Below are positions 25,831 through 39,572 of a stretch of 64,000 nt of DNA, in pieces. Numbering within the stretch: position 1 is the first letter of the stretch; every line of letters begins with the position of its first letter. The translations under genes were made by a program, and so were the position numbers. The DNA is from Eledone cirrhosa. Lineage: Eukaryota. The notes below the pieces were generated by a model. It worked only from the letters and a program-made list of their open reading frames with translations, made no database searches and was not told the DNA's origin. The stretch is taken from contig OZ024741.1 in NCBI GenBank assembly GCA_964016885.1, forward strand, positions 265,360,001 to 265,424,000, given 5' to 3'.

Positions 25831-27596
25831 AATAGTTATTATGTCAACTGAAGTTATATGTGTGTGTGTATGTTGTTTGCTTCTCATCTGCTCATAAAAT
25901 ATAAGAAATGCTTGACTTATGAAAACCCTGCCAGAGATAACTTCTTTTGGCTCTGGCCATTCCAAAATCCCCACGGTATAAATTTGTATTTGCCATGCTA
26001 ACAAACAAGCAAGAGGACTAAGAATGTTAGGCAGAAAAACAAAGTGAGAGACATATATATTTATATATATATAACACACGCATATATATAAATGGCTCTG
26101 TAACCTGGGCAGAAACTTCTTTGAGGAAACATTACACACTGGGCACCTACTACAAAAACTACAGGATACATTGCCTAATCTCACTAAAACCTTCTTTCCA
26201 AGGACACATTGAGTCCTAACAACATTATTGACCCCACCACAAACAGGTGGAAACCAATATATATACATATATATTTATATATATATATATACACACATAT
26301 ACATATGTATATATATATATAATACATAATATATGAAGGTGGTGTCTCAGTTTGACTGCTGTCTAATGGCTGAAGTGAGTGAAATAATAAAAGAATAAAT
26401 TTCATTATAGCTATGAAGCAGGGGTTTTGTGGTTAATATACTCTTCAAACTGTTTGATAGGTGCATTTAAGCAAAAGGCTTCTGACCTTTGAGTCACAGG
26501 TATAGCTTAGCATCTCTGATAAATTATACATAACTCTGCCGATGTATTGGGTTTTGTTTCTCACATTTGCACAGCCATACATATATATATACATATATAT
26601 ATATATATAACTCAAATAGTACCTGCTGTATGGCAACTACAACTTTGATTCATAGCTATGATATATATAATATATATATATATATATATACGATCAACTT
26701 TATTATGATACGACAAGATGACTGAAAGCTCAATGTATTTGAATAATCACCAATTAAAAAGAACAAATATATCTGAGGTATGATTGATAGAGCGAAGTCC
26801 AATAAATTGAATGAATGTATCTTCAGGGCATTAGTAATTTAAATAATTTTGAAACAAGGATAAATATGGGGTAAATTCATTTATTTAAATTACACACACA
26901 GACACACACACATGACAGAAAAGGAGAAAGATGTACAACCATTGTACGTTGGATGTAAAATGAAAATTGTCTCACCACTAGTCTGTTCCTGTTAGGCATT
27001 AAACAGCAGTGATAGTAGTAATAGCTGCAGTGGTAGTAGTAGTAGTAGCAATGGTGGCGGCAGTGGTTGTGTTGGCGTTGGACTAAATAGAATCACATAC
27101 ATTACATATGCTTTATTGTCTTCTTCAATGAGCCCCTTGTCGTTGTTGCTGTTGTTTGTCGTTATTGTCCATGTTATGAAGAAAAAAAATGCCCCATTTC
27201 TTTTTCTTTTGCATTTGTTAAAAATACATTTTAATTTATTTATCTTTTAATACATCATAGAAAAAAAAACAACTAACAAACTCAAACAAAACAAAAAAAT
27301 ACAAACAAAAATAATTTCAGAGTTGTATCATTTTTCTATTTTTTTTTTAAATGTCTTGTAGAATTTATTTCTTCTGGTTCTATCTTTGCGTTCGGAGTTC
27401 AAATCCCACTGAGGTCAAGTCAACTTTGTGTTTTATCCTTCCCATGGATGGATTCATACATACAAAAAGTGTGGCCTGGTAGTTGTTAGAGGTTTGGATT
27501 CACTGTCATAGGTCATCATACACTTCAATTCCTGAACCAGCTGGCATATGTTCTAGAGCTAACTTATTTCACATTGCTTTTGATGATAGGACTAGG

Positions 27597-27990
27597 GTCA
27601 CTATCATTAAGACACCTGAGAAACTTCCTATGGAATGCAGTCTTATAGGAGGCTAGCTAAACCTACATAGGCTCCCTCTATCAGTAAAACACCTGAGAAA
27701 CTTGCTATATCATGCAATCTTATAGGAAGTCAGTTAAACCTACATAGATGTGAGCTGTCTTTTAATGATTGGGTTGGGGTACCTATCATTAAAACACCCG
27801 AGAAACCCCCTATAGGACACCACTTCATAGGAGACCAGTTAAACTTGCATAGGTGTGAGCTATCACAACATAATAGTGCTGAGGCACCTATCATTAAAAA
27901 AATCTGAGGTCCCTATCATTAAGACACCTGAGAAACTTCTTATGGGATGCAACCTCATTAGAAGCCAGCTAAACCTGCATAGGTGTGCAC
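27597..27990. repeat. Degenerate tandem repeat (~80-110 bp units, ~4-5 copies)
   Basis: Recurrent CTATCATTAA(G/A)ACACCTGAGAAACTT...AAACCT(A/G)CATAGG blocks. Confidence 0.7.
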
Positions 27991-28707
27991 TGTAAATTTC
28001 TTTCTTTTTCTTTTCTAGATTTAATCACCCGTCCACCCTCATCCCCTCCAAAAAAATTGCTGGCTTTGTGCCTAAATTAGAAGCCATTATTGCTTGAGTG
28101 GTGGACTGGCAGAATCATTTGAGCATTGGGGGAAAATGCTTAGCAGTGTTTAGTTCTGGCTCATATATGTTTGAATTCAAATCTTGCTGAGATCAAGTTC
28201 ACTTTTCATCTCTCCAGGTTTGATAAAATGAAGTACCAATCAAATATTGGTGTTGATTTCATCAAATCTTTCCCCCACACACACACATGCACACAAAAAA
28301 TTGCGGTCTTGAACAGATGTGGTCAGAAAAAAATTTTTTTTTTTTTTCTAAATTCCAAAAAGCTCTGAAGCAAATGTTCTGTTCCACATGAAGCCGTATC
28401 ACCTAATTGAAGGGAGAAAACTCTATCGTTCTTTTCTTGAGTTTTCACCACCTCCAGAAAACTTGATGTTAGGCCTCCCCTATAACAACATCAACATATG
28501 TAAACACTTTTATCTAAGGGTTTTCAACGTACACAGTTTCTGAATAAAGCACGATGTTGGGGAAACAGTTAACCATGTAAGATGCAAGGCTTACTGTAAT
28601 ATAAGTGCTACAATTTCTTATCCTCTTCCCCAACAAAATCTTTTGCTTTTTTTTTTATTTTTTATTGTTTGGCTGGCTGATCTAAAAAAAAACACTCATC
28701 ATCATTG

Positions 28708-28744
<37 letters not shown>

Positions 28745-28946
28745 AACTAGGCTTTTTTTTAGGCTGGAGGAAAAGTAGAAAACAAAGAATTATAACAAGG
28801 ACAAAATAATACTCTCATGAAAAAAAAAATATTGTAAAATAATAATAAAAAAAAATCTTTTCCTCCCACATTCTATTATTCTGTGCAATGTTTTTTTAGA
28901 TTCCTACTTGTGTTTATTATCATTATTATTATCATCATTATTACTA

Positions 28947-29790
28947 GGGCGGTGGATTGGCAGGATTGGTTGAGGGTCGGACGCCATGCTTTGCAGCATA
29001 GAGTTACGCCCCTTTATGATCTGAGTTCGATTCCTGCTGAGGTTAACTTTGCCTTTCATCCTTACGGGTTCAATAAAATAAAGTACCAGTCATGCACTGG
29101 GGTTGATTTAATCGGCTTTCCCCTCCCCTTCAAATTGCTGGCCTTGTGCCTAAAGTAGAAACAATTATTACTAAGGGCGGTGGATTGGCAGTATCGGTAG
29201 AGCATTGGACAACATGCTTTATGGCATTGAGTTACGCCCCTTTACAATCTGAGTTCAAATCCTAACAAGGTTCGCTTTGCCTTTCATCCTTACGGGGTTA
29301 ATAAAATAAAATACCACTGGGGCTGATTTAATCAACTCCCTCCTCCCACCCCCCAAATAATTGTTGGTTTTGTGCCCATAGTAGAAATCATTATTGGATT
29401 GGCAGTATCGGTAGAGGGTCGGACACCATGCTTTCCAGCATAGTTACGTCCCTTTACGATCTGAGTTCAAATCCTGCCGAGGTTGACTTTGCCTTTCATC
29501 CTTACGGGGTCGATAAAATAAAGTACCAGTATTGCACTGGGTAATTGCTGGCCTTGTGCCTAAAGTAGAAACAATTATTATTATTATTAGTCTTATGAAG
29601 GGCGGTGGATTGACAGTATCGGTAGAGGGTCGGACGCCATGCCTTGCAGCGAAGAGTTACGGCCCTTTATGGTCTGAGTTCAAATCCCGCCGAGGTTAAC
29701 TTTGCCTTTCATCCTTACAGGGTCGATAAAATAAAGTACCAGTAATACACTGGGATAATTGCTGGCCTTGTGCCAAAAGTAGAAACAATT
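28947..29790 (+). mobile_element. Cluster of four head-to-tail Meta-like SINE copies
   Basis: Copies start near 28947, 29175, 29396 and 29600; the last is flanked by the direct repeat ATTATTAGTCTTAT. Confidence 0.85.
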
Positions 29791-29942
29791 ATTAGTCTTA
29801 TTAATATTATTTAATTTTTTTGTCATGCAAGCATTGTTATCTTTCATCCTCCATTCCATATGGTCACAGATGTTTTCATTATTGTGGTTATATGTCTGAG
29901 TTTATGTATGTGTGATATGTTTATATATATTTATATATATAT

Positions 29943-30015
29943 AAGGTGTTCCAAAAATGTATGCACACTTCGATTAGAATGCTGTTAAAATGTGTATACA
30001 TTTTGGGGGACACTG
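29943..30015. mobile_element. Tiny Tc1/mariner-like MITE (mostly TIR)
   Basis: GGTGTTCCAAAAATGTATGCACA versus TGTGTATACATTTTGGGGGACACTG, in a TA context. Confidence 0.5.
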
Positions 30016-30917
30016 TGTGTGTATATATATATAATCAGAAAGGGTGTGGTAAAATAACAGGTGGACCATAACCCACCAGAGTACTCAATACTTGAGGTAG
30101 TAGAGTGGGTAATATGAAAAGATTCAGGACGCCGACGGCATTCAGATCTAGCTGTCGAAATGGCCAGAGCTCAGCTGTCGGGGTCCTGAATCTTTTCATA
30201 TATATATATATATATACATGTATGTATGTATGTGTGTGTGTATGTATACGTACATATGCATGTATGTATCTACTTGTTTTGTTATGAGTGAGTATATAAT
30301 TGTATGCAATAATTTGTTTTGCTGTTTACACATGCAAACATACATATACAGATACATGTACACACATGCAGATAAATGCTTTCATAAACACATACAGAGA
30401 AATACTTAGGTATGCAGAGTACAAGGTGTGATGTTTGTATACATACATGTGTGTGTTTATACATAAATATGTGTGAGTGTACATCTGAATTGAATTCAAG
30501 CTAAATACTTAGGTATTCAGAGTATGTATGTGTGTATATATATATATATATATGTTAGAGAGAGAGTGTGTATGTTGCAGAATTAAATTCAAGCTATGTG
30601 CCTGTATTTTCTTGTGCTAACATATAAAACTGTGCTTTAAAAACTAAGAAATGAAACTATTTCTTTTTCTTTTTTTTATATATATATATATATTTTTTAT
30701 GTTTTGTTTTTGTGTTGATTTACTAAATAAAATGACAAACAAATTATTGTGATATTCCTGTAATTTTGAATATCATTGCTTAATATTAACCACCATGTTG
30801 AATTACCCATATATTGGTGTGTATTCGTGTGTGTGCTGCTGTTGTTTAGCTCCATGTCGGTTCAGATTCTGATAAAGCAGGCCTCCTAATCACTCCCCTA
30901 GATAATGTAAAAACATT

Positions 30918-31438
30918 TACCATATATACTCGTATATAAACCAAGAAATATGTGACAAAAATATCAATGGTAAAATCGAAAATTGCCATATATTCAAAGT
31001 CAATATTTTACCGATTTTCACCAACTTCAAAATTCTACGTAAATGAGGTGCTAAGATATTTTTGCTGCATAGGTGAATTACACTGCTTTCATTTTGTAGA
31101 TAAATATTACATCAGTTTTACTTTCAGCAACAATTTTGTATTTCCTATTGTTTTTTTATGTTTTGAATGAATATGGCCTTCAAAATGGTCAGAAATTGGT
31201 AAAAAAAATCATTATGTAATGGAGTTATGAAAAAAAAGCTACTCTAAACAACACTTAAAAGATTTTAAATATTGAAATATTAAAACTTCATAAATATATT
31301 TTCCTCATGAGAATTTCAAAACTGCACCATCTAAACATGATGTGTTGATTACCTGCTTTGGCTTATAAATAGGGTTTGGATTTTGCCTGTTTCTCAGACA
31401 TAAAATAGGGGTCGGCTTATATTTGAGTATATACAGCA
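30918..31438. mobile_element. pogo/Tigger-like non-autonomous DNA transposon
   Basis: TA-CCATATATACTCGTATATAA ... TTATATTTGAGTATATACAG imperfect TIRs, same end type as 36452-36635. Confidence 0.55.
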
Positions 31439-31632
31439 TTTTTTAACCCTAAAAATTGTTATTGTTTTGTATTAATAATGACAGAATAATGTATTTTTTG
31501 GCTTTTATTTTTTTTTTTTCCACAATTGGATTGAATGTTCTCTAATATTATCTGGGATTTTCCTAATTCTTGTATATTCTCATCATTTAACTATACTTTT
31601 GGGGGTTTTTTTTTTTTTTTTGAGTGGTGCTT

Positions 31633-31960
31633 GTCTGGAGGATGACTTGATCTGAGACTGAGTTGAAACTAAAACAATTACATTGTGGAAGAGTCCTTTT
31701 AGCCAGAGTTGTACATGTCTGGTAAATGACTTGATCTGAGACTGTGTTGTGTTCAAACTAAAACAATTACATCATGGAAGATTCCTTTTAGCTACAGTTG
31801 TACATGTCTGGCAAGTTACTTGATATAAGACTGTGTTGAAACTAAAACAATTACATCATGGAAGAAGTCATTTTAACCACAGATGTACATGTCTGGCAAG
31901 TGACATGGTTTGAGGCTGTTGAAACTAAAACAATTACATTGTAAAGTCATTTTAGCCATT
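31633..31960. repeat. ~80-bp tandem repeat, 4 copies
   Basis: Repeated GTCTGG..TGACTTGATCTGAGACTG..GAAACTAAAACAATTACAT. Confidence 0.8.
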
Positions 31961-32328
31961 CAAAGAGAGAAAAAACACATAACTTAAATTCACTTTACAT
32001 TTATCATTTATTTCCTGGTGTCAAAATTTTCACAGCACTATCTGCAACCTGGTCACTGATACTATTCCACAAAATAAATGATAAAGATAAAGTTTTCTGT
32101 GTAGTTTTGAATGGTTAAAAGGATTCTTCTGCAATGTAATTGCTTTACTTTTTCCTTTAAAAAAAATCCTCACCCACAAAAACGTCTATCTTGACCAAGG
32201 AAGTAATATTTTTTTCAAATATTAGGGGGTTAAATGTATGTTACTTAATCTGTGAAACTGAATCTAATGTATGCAACAACAGTACACTATTCACTTGGTT
32301 TCTGAATGATTGTTAATTTGACCTTGAC

Positions 32329-32362
<34 letters not shown>

Positions 32363-32640
32363 GCACACACATGTCTATGTATATATATGTGTGTGTGTGT
32401 GTATACAACTATCGATGCTTCAAAATGTATTTTTCCAGAATGTTCTCCAAAAGACTTAAAAATCTTTTCTTTATCTGCCTGATCCCTCATAATGTGTCTT
32501 CATTCATGTCTCCTTAAATTCGTATAATGCAATTTGAAATGTGTGCCTCTCAACACAAATGAGTATAAGTATAATAATAGTCAATCGCTATAAATAATAG
32601 AGAAAATCAGGTAAACTGCCCTTGGGGACCTGATGTTTCT

Positions 32641-32828
32641 TGGTGAATTGGCAGTATCGGTAGAGGGTCAGACGCCATGCTTTCTAGCATAGTTATGTCC
32701 CTTTATGATCTGAGTTCAAATCCCGCCGAGGTTAACTTTGCCTTTCATCCTTACGGGGTCGATAAAATAAAGTACCAGTAATGTACTGGGTAATTGCTGG
32801 CCTTGTGCCAAAAAGTAGAAACAATTAT
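32641..32828 (+). mobile_element. Meta-like SINE copy
   Basis: Same consensus as other copies, ending GTAGAAACAATTAT. Confidence 0.8.
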
Positions 32829-32983
32829 GGTCATTTCCATTGGGATGCACATATTTCAAGTTTTCCCAAAGCTTCTCACATCAACTGTTGTTCTCATATA
32901 ATGTAGTTTATTCATTTTGTTTTCTGAAAGCTTTATAACCTTGATCATTATATGTACACATATGGACCATAACTTACATGCTT

Positions 32984-33484
32984 TAACCTTTTTATGGCTG
33001 TATTTCTAATGAAATACACACTATTTCAATTAATTAATGTTTAATTTTGAAGGATTTACTAAAATTATTGATTACTTTATTATGAAGATAGTAACTTCAC
33101 ATTTGTTTCTTATGTAAAATTAAATTGTGATGGAAATTTTTTATTCAAATTGGGGCTTGTTAAAATGAATAGCTTTCTTTCAAAGGACTAGGGCCAGTTT
33201 TGGGTGGGTTGGTAACAAAAGGGTTAATGTACATGTATTTAAACTGATAGAACTTATACTATTAACCTTTTCATTGCCAATGAGAGACATTACCTATGAT
33301 TATGAGAAACTAATCAAGAATTTAAACAACTGTCTTGGGATTAAGCAGGTGTTTGGAGTGTAACTTAAAGATTCTTTACATAATGATGCAAGGGTTTTAG
33401 ATAAATGTAAACATTTCATAATAAACAGCTTTATATCATAGAACCAGGGGCAGTTTTAAATACTTTGGTATCCAAAGAGTTAAA
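32984..33484. mobile_element. Two adjacent old TTAA-flanked piggyBac-type MITEs of a second family
   Basis: TTAACCTTTT...AAAAGGGTTAA (~32984-33227) and TTAACCTTTT...AAAGAGTTAA (~33262-33484) sharing internal motifs with ~24400-24920 and ~38230-38520. Confidence 0.5.
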
Positions 33485-35990
33485 ATGTATTCTACAGAAT
33501 CTTCTACAGAATCATTCCTTTCTGCAACATTTGTCCCCATTTATCTCCCTTATTGGAGTCAAATTCATATAATGTAGTTCATGAAGGTGGTGCATGTCTT
33601 TGTGGTTAAGGTGTTTATTTAATGTTGCTCCAGTCTTTGCAACTGACAAAAATGAGTTGTACCTGTAATTAAAAGGGCCAGCCTTGTCATGCTGAATCTC
33701 CGTGAGAAGTATGTTAAGGATTCACACATCTGTGCAATACTCAGCCACTTGTGTATTTCACAAGCAGGCTGTTCCTTTATTCAAACATCCGAAACACTCA
33801 TCGGAACCAACAGAGGTTCAGCACAACAGACATTTTAATTTGAGCTTGTCTTTCTGGCAGTGATAATCATTACTTTTTCAGAGGTTCAGCACAACACATT
33901 TTAATTTTAGCTTGTCTTTATAACAATGGTAATCGTTAATTTTTCGGAGATTCAGTGCAGCACACGTTTTAATTTGAGCTTGTCTTTATGGCAGTGATAA
34001 TCATTACTTTTTTTTTTTTATATCATACAACCAAAAGAGTTAACACTAATGAAACCAGAGTTATCTCTAGATTAATGAGTCTCAAGACTTGAGAAATACT
34101 TTAACTTATTTTCCAATTCATTCAGTTGCCTTCTCAAGCAAACTGCCATTTTCAATACTTTTCTCGTAATAATAATGTCTTTTAGTTGTTATTACTGCAT
34201 TTAATTTTTTTTTTTTTTTTTGGTAACTTAATAACATCAATGGTTGCCAGGTCTATTAGATGATAGCTTTAATATTCTTGGGGAACTTGGTAATCTTGAC
34301 CATTGACCTCAGAGAGGCTCCTCCTCTCTGGTCTATGAATGTTAGCAGTAATTCACTTTGGGAACTTGGTGATCCTGGCCATTGACCTCAAAGAGGTTAC
34401 TCTGCCTAGTTCTGTGGCAGTAATGTACTTGGAGAACTTGGCCATTTTAGCCATTGATTGGAGAGGTTCCTCTTTCCATGTCTATAGCAGTGATATACTT
34501 GGGGTTTTGGTGAACCTGGTCATTAACCCCTCTGTCTATAGCAGTAATACACTTGGGGAACTTGGTGGTCCTGGTCATTGACGCCACTCATTTGTGGCTT
34601 TCATCCTCCTGGAGTTAATAAAACACTACCAACTGTGTACTGGGGGTTAGTTACGCCCATACCCTACTAATTTGTGACTTTGTTTCGAAGTCAGAAATTA
34701 CTGCAAAGACAGATATGAACATGTTTACATTATGTTTATATATAATAAACAGGCATGCAGTCTTGTGATCATATAACAGCTATCTCAGCTACCCAACTGA
34801 AGGATTCTTCCAATCCTTTGTTTGACAAGCTTTCTCTGGCTGGATGCCGTTTCTATCACCAACCATTTTACAGTGTGTACTGATTGTGTTTATCGTATAG
34901 ATCACCAACACTAGGGGGGGTTGTCATATCTTTGATACAACTGGAGGGTTCTCCTAACCCTTTGTTTGTCAAGCTTTTCTATGGCTGGATGCCCTTCCTA
35001 TCACCAACCATTTTACAAAGTCTACTGGGTGTGTAGATCATCAACACTCAGGTGATTATGTCATGTCATTTATATATATTAATTTTCCCATGGACTCCAC
35101 ATTCCCCCAGTTACAATAATTCCCCCTCTCAAATTGTTATGCAGTGATATTAATGATTGAAAGAGAGAAATGTTTATACTTAAAGAAGGATACTTAATGG
35201 TGTGTGTCTATATTATGTTTTTATAAACAGTGCTTGATGTATTGGACTTAAGTCATAGGCCACCACTACAACCATTGTGGAGGTCTTGGTGGACCACCAC
35301 TGCCATTGTGGAGGACTTAGTTCACAGACCATTACTGCACCATTGTAGAGGACTTAACTGACTGTTACTAGTAATACCATAGTGAAGGACCACCAGTACT
35401 TCTATTGTGGAGCTCTTAACTGACCCCTACTTGTATTTCCATAGTGGAGGATTTAGTCCATAGACCACCAGTACTGACATTATGGAGGACTTAGTTAATA
35501 GACCACCTATACTACCATTGTGGAAGAACTAACTCATGGAGCCCCAGCAGAGGTCCATAGAACCCCAGGTTAACAATTATTGTATTAAATGAATTTATCT
35601 CACAGTTGCAGTGTTAGTGTGTGGTGTGCCCTCCTTCTCTAGTCATAGCCGTGATATGTTTCAAACTCCTGTTCTCTTTGCTTTTTCTGTCTTCTAGTAA
35701 TAAAAATTTGAAAGGAGCTCCAAGAAGCTGAAGACAACTTAGATTAGCAGAATAGATCATATTCTAGAAAAACAAAACAAACACATATATATATATAATA
35801 CAGCAGAAAAAGTATTTATACATTTATGTGTATCAGTGATGATTCTTGTTCATAAGTGTGGTGTTATATGAACAAAATTATATGAGGCTAACTTGAGCTC
35901 ATAAAATTTAGTCTGATTAAACAAACAAGCTGTACCATCAAAAAGAGCCATGAGTAAAAAAGTTTGAAGAGCCATGTTTAAAACTGATAT

Positions 35991-36322
35991 GGAGGCACAT
36001 GGCTTAGTGGTTAGAGCATTGGCCTTGCAATCGAAAGGTAGCAAGTTCAATTCTCAGACCGGGTGATGTGTTGTTTCCTTGAGCAAGACACTTTATTTCA
36101 CATTGCTCCAGTTTACTCAGCTGTAGAAATGAGATGATAGGGACTGGGGTCCATATCATTCCACTGCAAAGTGGTCGTGGAGGTGCCACGGAAAAAAAGC
36201 ACCCAGCACTCACTGTAAATGAGGTTGGTGTTAGGAAGGGCATCCAGCTGTAGAAATCAAGCCAGAATCAGTTCCCGTCCCACCCTTGCAAGCAGGGAAA
36301 AGCGGACGTAAAATGATGATGA
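35991..36322 (+). mobile_element. tRNA-derived CORE-type SINE with an RTE-derived 3' tail
   Basis: Head GGAGGCACATGGCTTAGTGGTTAGAG...GTTCAATTC; CORE-like CCTTGAGCAAGACACTT...CTCAGCTGTAGAAATG; tail nearly identical to the RTE 3' UTR at ~23190-23270; (GAT)n end. Confidence 0.82.
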
Positions 36323-36451
36323 ATGCCTTGGTTCTGTTGCTGTTAAGCCCGAGTATCACGGCTGAACAAGAGTCACCACTGATACATATATAGATGTAGA
36401 CTTAATTCTTTTTCTGCTGTGTTATATATATATATCGATATAATATATATA

Positions 36452-36635
36452 TACCATATATGCTGGTGTACAAGTCGACATTTGGAGCCTAAAAATATCT
36501 CTCCAAAACCAGGGCTAAACTTGTCTGCCGAACATAAAATGCGGAAGTATGCATGCTGCTCCACCTGAACTACACCTCAGAATTTTAGGGGTCAACCTCT
36601 GCACCGGATCAACTTGTACACCAGCATATACGGTA
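36452..36635. mobile_element. pogo/Tigger-like MITE with ~25-bp TIRs and TA target
   Basis: TA-CCATATATGCTGGTGTACAAGTCGA ... TCAACTTGTACACCAGCATATACGG-TA. Confidence 0.8.
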
Positions 36636-38439
36636 TATATACACACACACACACATATATATATATACACATACATACACACACATAGCTAGAGAGAGAG
36701 AGAGAGAGCATGTGAGAGAAAGAGATGGTGTGTATAATAATAATAATAATACCATGTGTTAGAAGATTTATTCATAACTGCTTTCAGCAGTGGGTCAGTC
36801 CTTCCATGCAGAATTATGTTGCTACTTATTTTGGTGTCTTGGATTCAACTTTGGAGGAGGATTTTTTAACAGAATGATTAACAATATATATACATATATA
36901 CACCATATCCTAGTATCTTAGATATTCAATAACACCCACCATATATATATATATTATCTATGTATCTATATATATGTGTATGTATATATATAGAAATAAT
37001 ATATATATATATAAAAATGTATACATATACATATGTGTATATATATTATACAAATAATATGCATACATATATATTATATAGAAATATATACATAAATATG
37101 TATATGGTGTCTAAAAAATATATATGCACCCTTATCTTTATGCAAACTATGTTTGAATGAATGTGTAATAAATAGAGTAAATTTAGATATCTAGTATGTG
37201 TACACCTACCTTTCTTTTTCATATAAGACTTGAAAGCTTTTCACTTTTGGCTTGCTAAAAAAAACATTGACTAAATAATGTCTTCTTTTGTTTTTCCTCT
37301 TTTCACTCTCTCACTCTTTGTGAAGATGTGTGGCCTAGTGGTTAGGATATTGGATTCACAATCATTGGGTTGTGAGTTTTATTCTCATACAGGGAAACCC
37401 ATTGTATCCTTGAGCAAGACACTTTATTTCACATTGCTCTAGTGTGCTCAGCTTGAAAAAATTAGTAACAACAGTAGCAGCAGGTGTGAGTTAACCCTGT
37501 GGTGGAAATCTTATACATTCAGTTACTTAAATTACCACATGGAACTGGGATCAACTCCTACCTGATCAGCCTCTGAACTTGAGTCAGACTTGAAACTTTT
37601 TTTTCTTAACAATTCCTCTATATAAAATGAGGCTTTTGCTATTAGACAAGTTGTAGGATGTAAAGTTAGAGAAACAGCATGATGATATGGCTAGATGATC
37701 TGCTATACAATATTCCCAGCCTAGCAAATAAATAGTTTTAAGTTGATCTAGTTTATTTAGAAAGTTGTTCTTCAGCTTCAGGATGAAAGACAAATTATTT
37801 TCCGATTTGTTTTTTACAGAAAAAAAATGTAGAAGTGTTAAACTCTAATCTAATCCATTAGCCGGGCAGAATCTCTCAGCTGTTTCTGCCCTGGGTACAG
37901 CATATCTCAGCTGTATCCTGTCCTAGAGACACCATATTTCAACTGCACCATGCCCTGGGGACAGAATATCTTAGCTGTGTCCTGCTCGGCTCCAAAGGCA
38001 GCATATCTCAGCTGTGCCTTTCCCTAGGCCAGCTAAACATACATAGGGTTGGTTTGGGGTGGGTTAATGTTTAGACCAGGAAGGAAAGGTAATTGCCTAT
38101 GATCCTTTTCCGTGGTCTCTGAAAACTGGTGAAAGGGTGGAGGGAGGTATCCTCAAAGTGGAAATCTGGCCAGAGTGTTTACAATAGAATGGACTCTACT
38201 AAAGGTACCCAAGGACCAAATGATTATGTGAAACTCTTTTATTATCATATTTCTACTGTAATACACTGCCTATGTGTTTCAATTAACTTTGAATATAATC
38301 AAAAATTTTGAACTTAGTAAAATAACTAACTTTTTTATTAATAAGCTGATGTTTGGGGCATTATTTAACAAAAATTTCTAACACTAAATTATGATGGAAT
38401 GTCTTCATATAACTATGGACAGTTTTGTACAAAAGACGG

Positions 38440-39212
38440 TTTTAAGTGGGTTTGTATGAAAAGGTTTAAAAGCAATTCCTAATATATTCTTGTACAGCTG
38501 GCTAGTATCAAAAGGGTTAAACCAATCTGCAATATGGTTTAGTACAGCAAGTTGGTAGGGTTATATGTAAAGGTTTAAAAGCAGTCCATAATATGGTCTT
38601 GTACAGTGGGTTGGTATCAAATGTGTTAATCCAGTCAGCAGTGTGGTCTGGTACAGAGGGTTGGTAAGGGAAGGGTCTGGTACAGTGGTTTGGAATCAGA
38701 AGGATTAAACCAATCTGTAAGATGGTCTGGTAGAAAAGGGTTAAACCCGTCAACAGTATGGTCTGTACAGCAAGTTAGTAAGGAAAGAGTTTGGTATAGT
38801 GAGTTGGCATCAAATGTGTTAACCCTTTAGCATTTACATTATTCTATATTTACTATTTTATTTTCATGGTAAAAGCTTTACCTCACATAATATCAAATCT
38901 ATGAGATTTTGATACTATTTATTTTGAGAACAGTACCTTAACATCAGTATATGTGGCCAGTTATGGCTGGTTTGAACAGAAAGAGGTGAGAGAATTCTGG
39001 CCAGATACAGCCTGTTTAAATGCTAAAGGGTTAAACTAATCAGCAGTATGGTCTGGTACAAGTTGGTAAGGAAAGGGTTTGGTACAGTGGGTTGACATTA
39101 AAAGGGTTAAACCTTTCAGCTGTATGGTCTTCTTACGAGATGGTAAGGAAAGAGTTTGGTAGCATGGGTTGACATTAAAAGGGTTAAACCAATCTGTAAT
39201 GTGGTCTGATAC
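38440..39212. repeat. Degenerate tandem repeat built on an AAAGGGTTAA (piggyBac-end-like) motif, interrupted by a MITE
   Basis: Repeating GGTTGGTATCAAAAGGGTTAAACCAATC..TATGGTCTGGTACAG. Confidence 0.65.
38819..39034 (+). mobile_element. piggyBac-type MITE
   Basis: TTAA-CCCTTTAGCATTTA ... TAAATGCTAAAGGG-TTAA perfect 14-bp TIR and TTAA duplication. Confidence 0.85.
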
Positions 39213-39572
39213 AAATTAGAACTAATAAAAGAAAGACACCAATATATTTATCTCCCAGCTCCCTATTGTAATAGCAATTAAATTATTGATTTTTTTTTTT
39301 TTTTTTTTGTAAATGTTTGCTATCTTGCTTTCAGAAACAGAGAGAAACAAGAAACTTAACGAAGATTGTTTAATTGGAAATAATTGGCTTCAAATGTTCA
39401 TTTATTTATTTATTTATTTTTAATTATATAAAATCTCATTTCATCAAATTTTTCTTATTGTTTTACTTTTTATTAATATTGTTATTTTTATTATAATTTT
39501 AGTCCCAGGATTTGCATCCAATGTTACCAATTTATTGCAAAACGCACTAGATTTGACATGTTTTAGCAACAT

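Noticed and set aside
35991-36062. tRNA gene
   Set aside because: tRNA-like head runs directly into CORE and LINE-tail sequence, so it is a SINE head; the same applies to ~27470 and ~37325.
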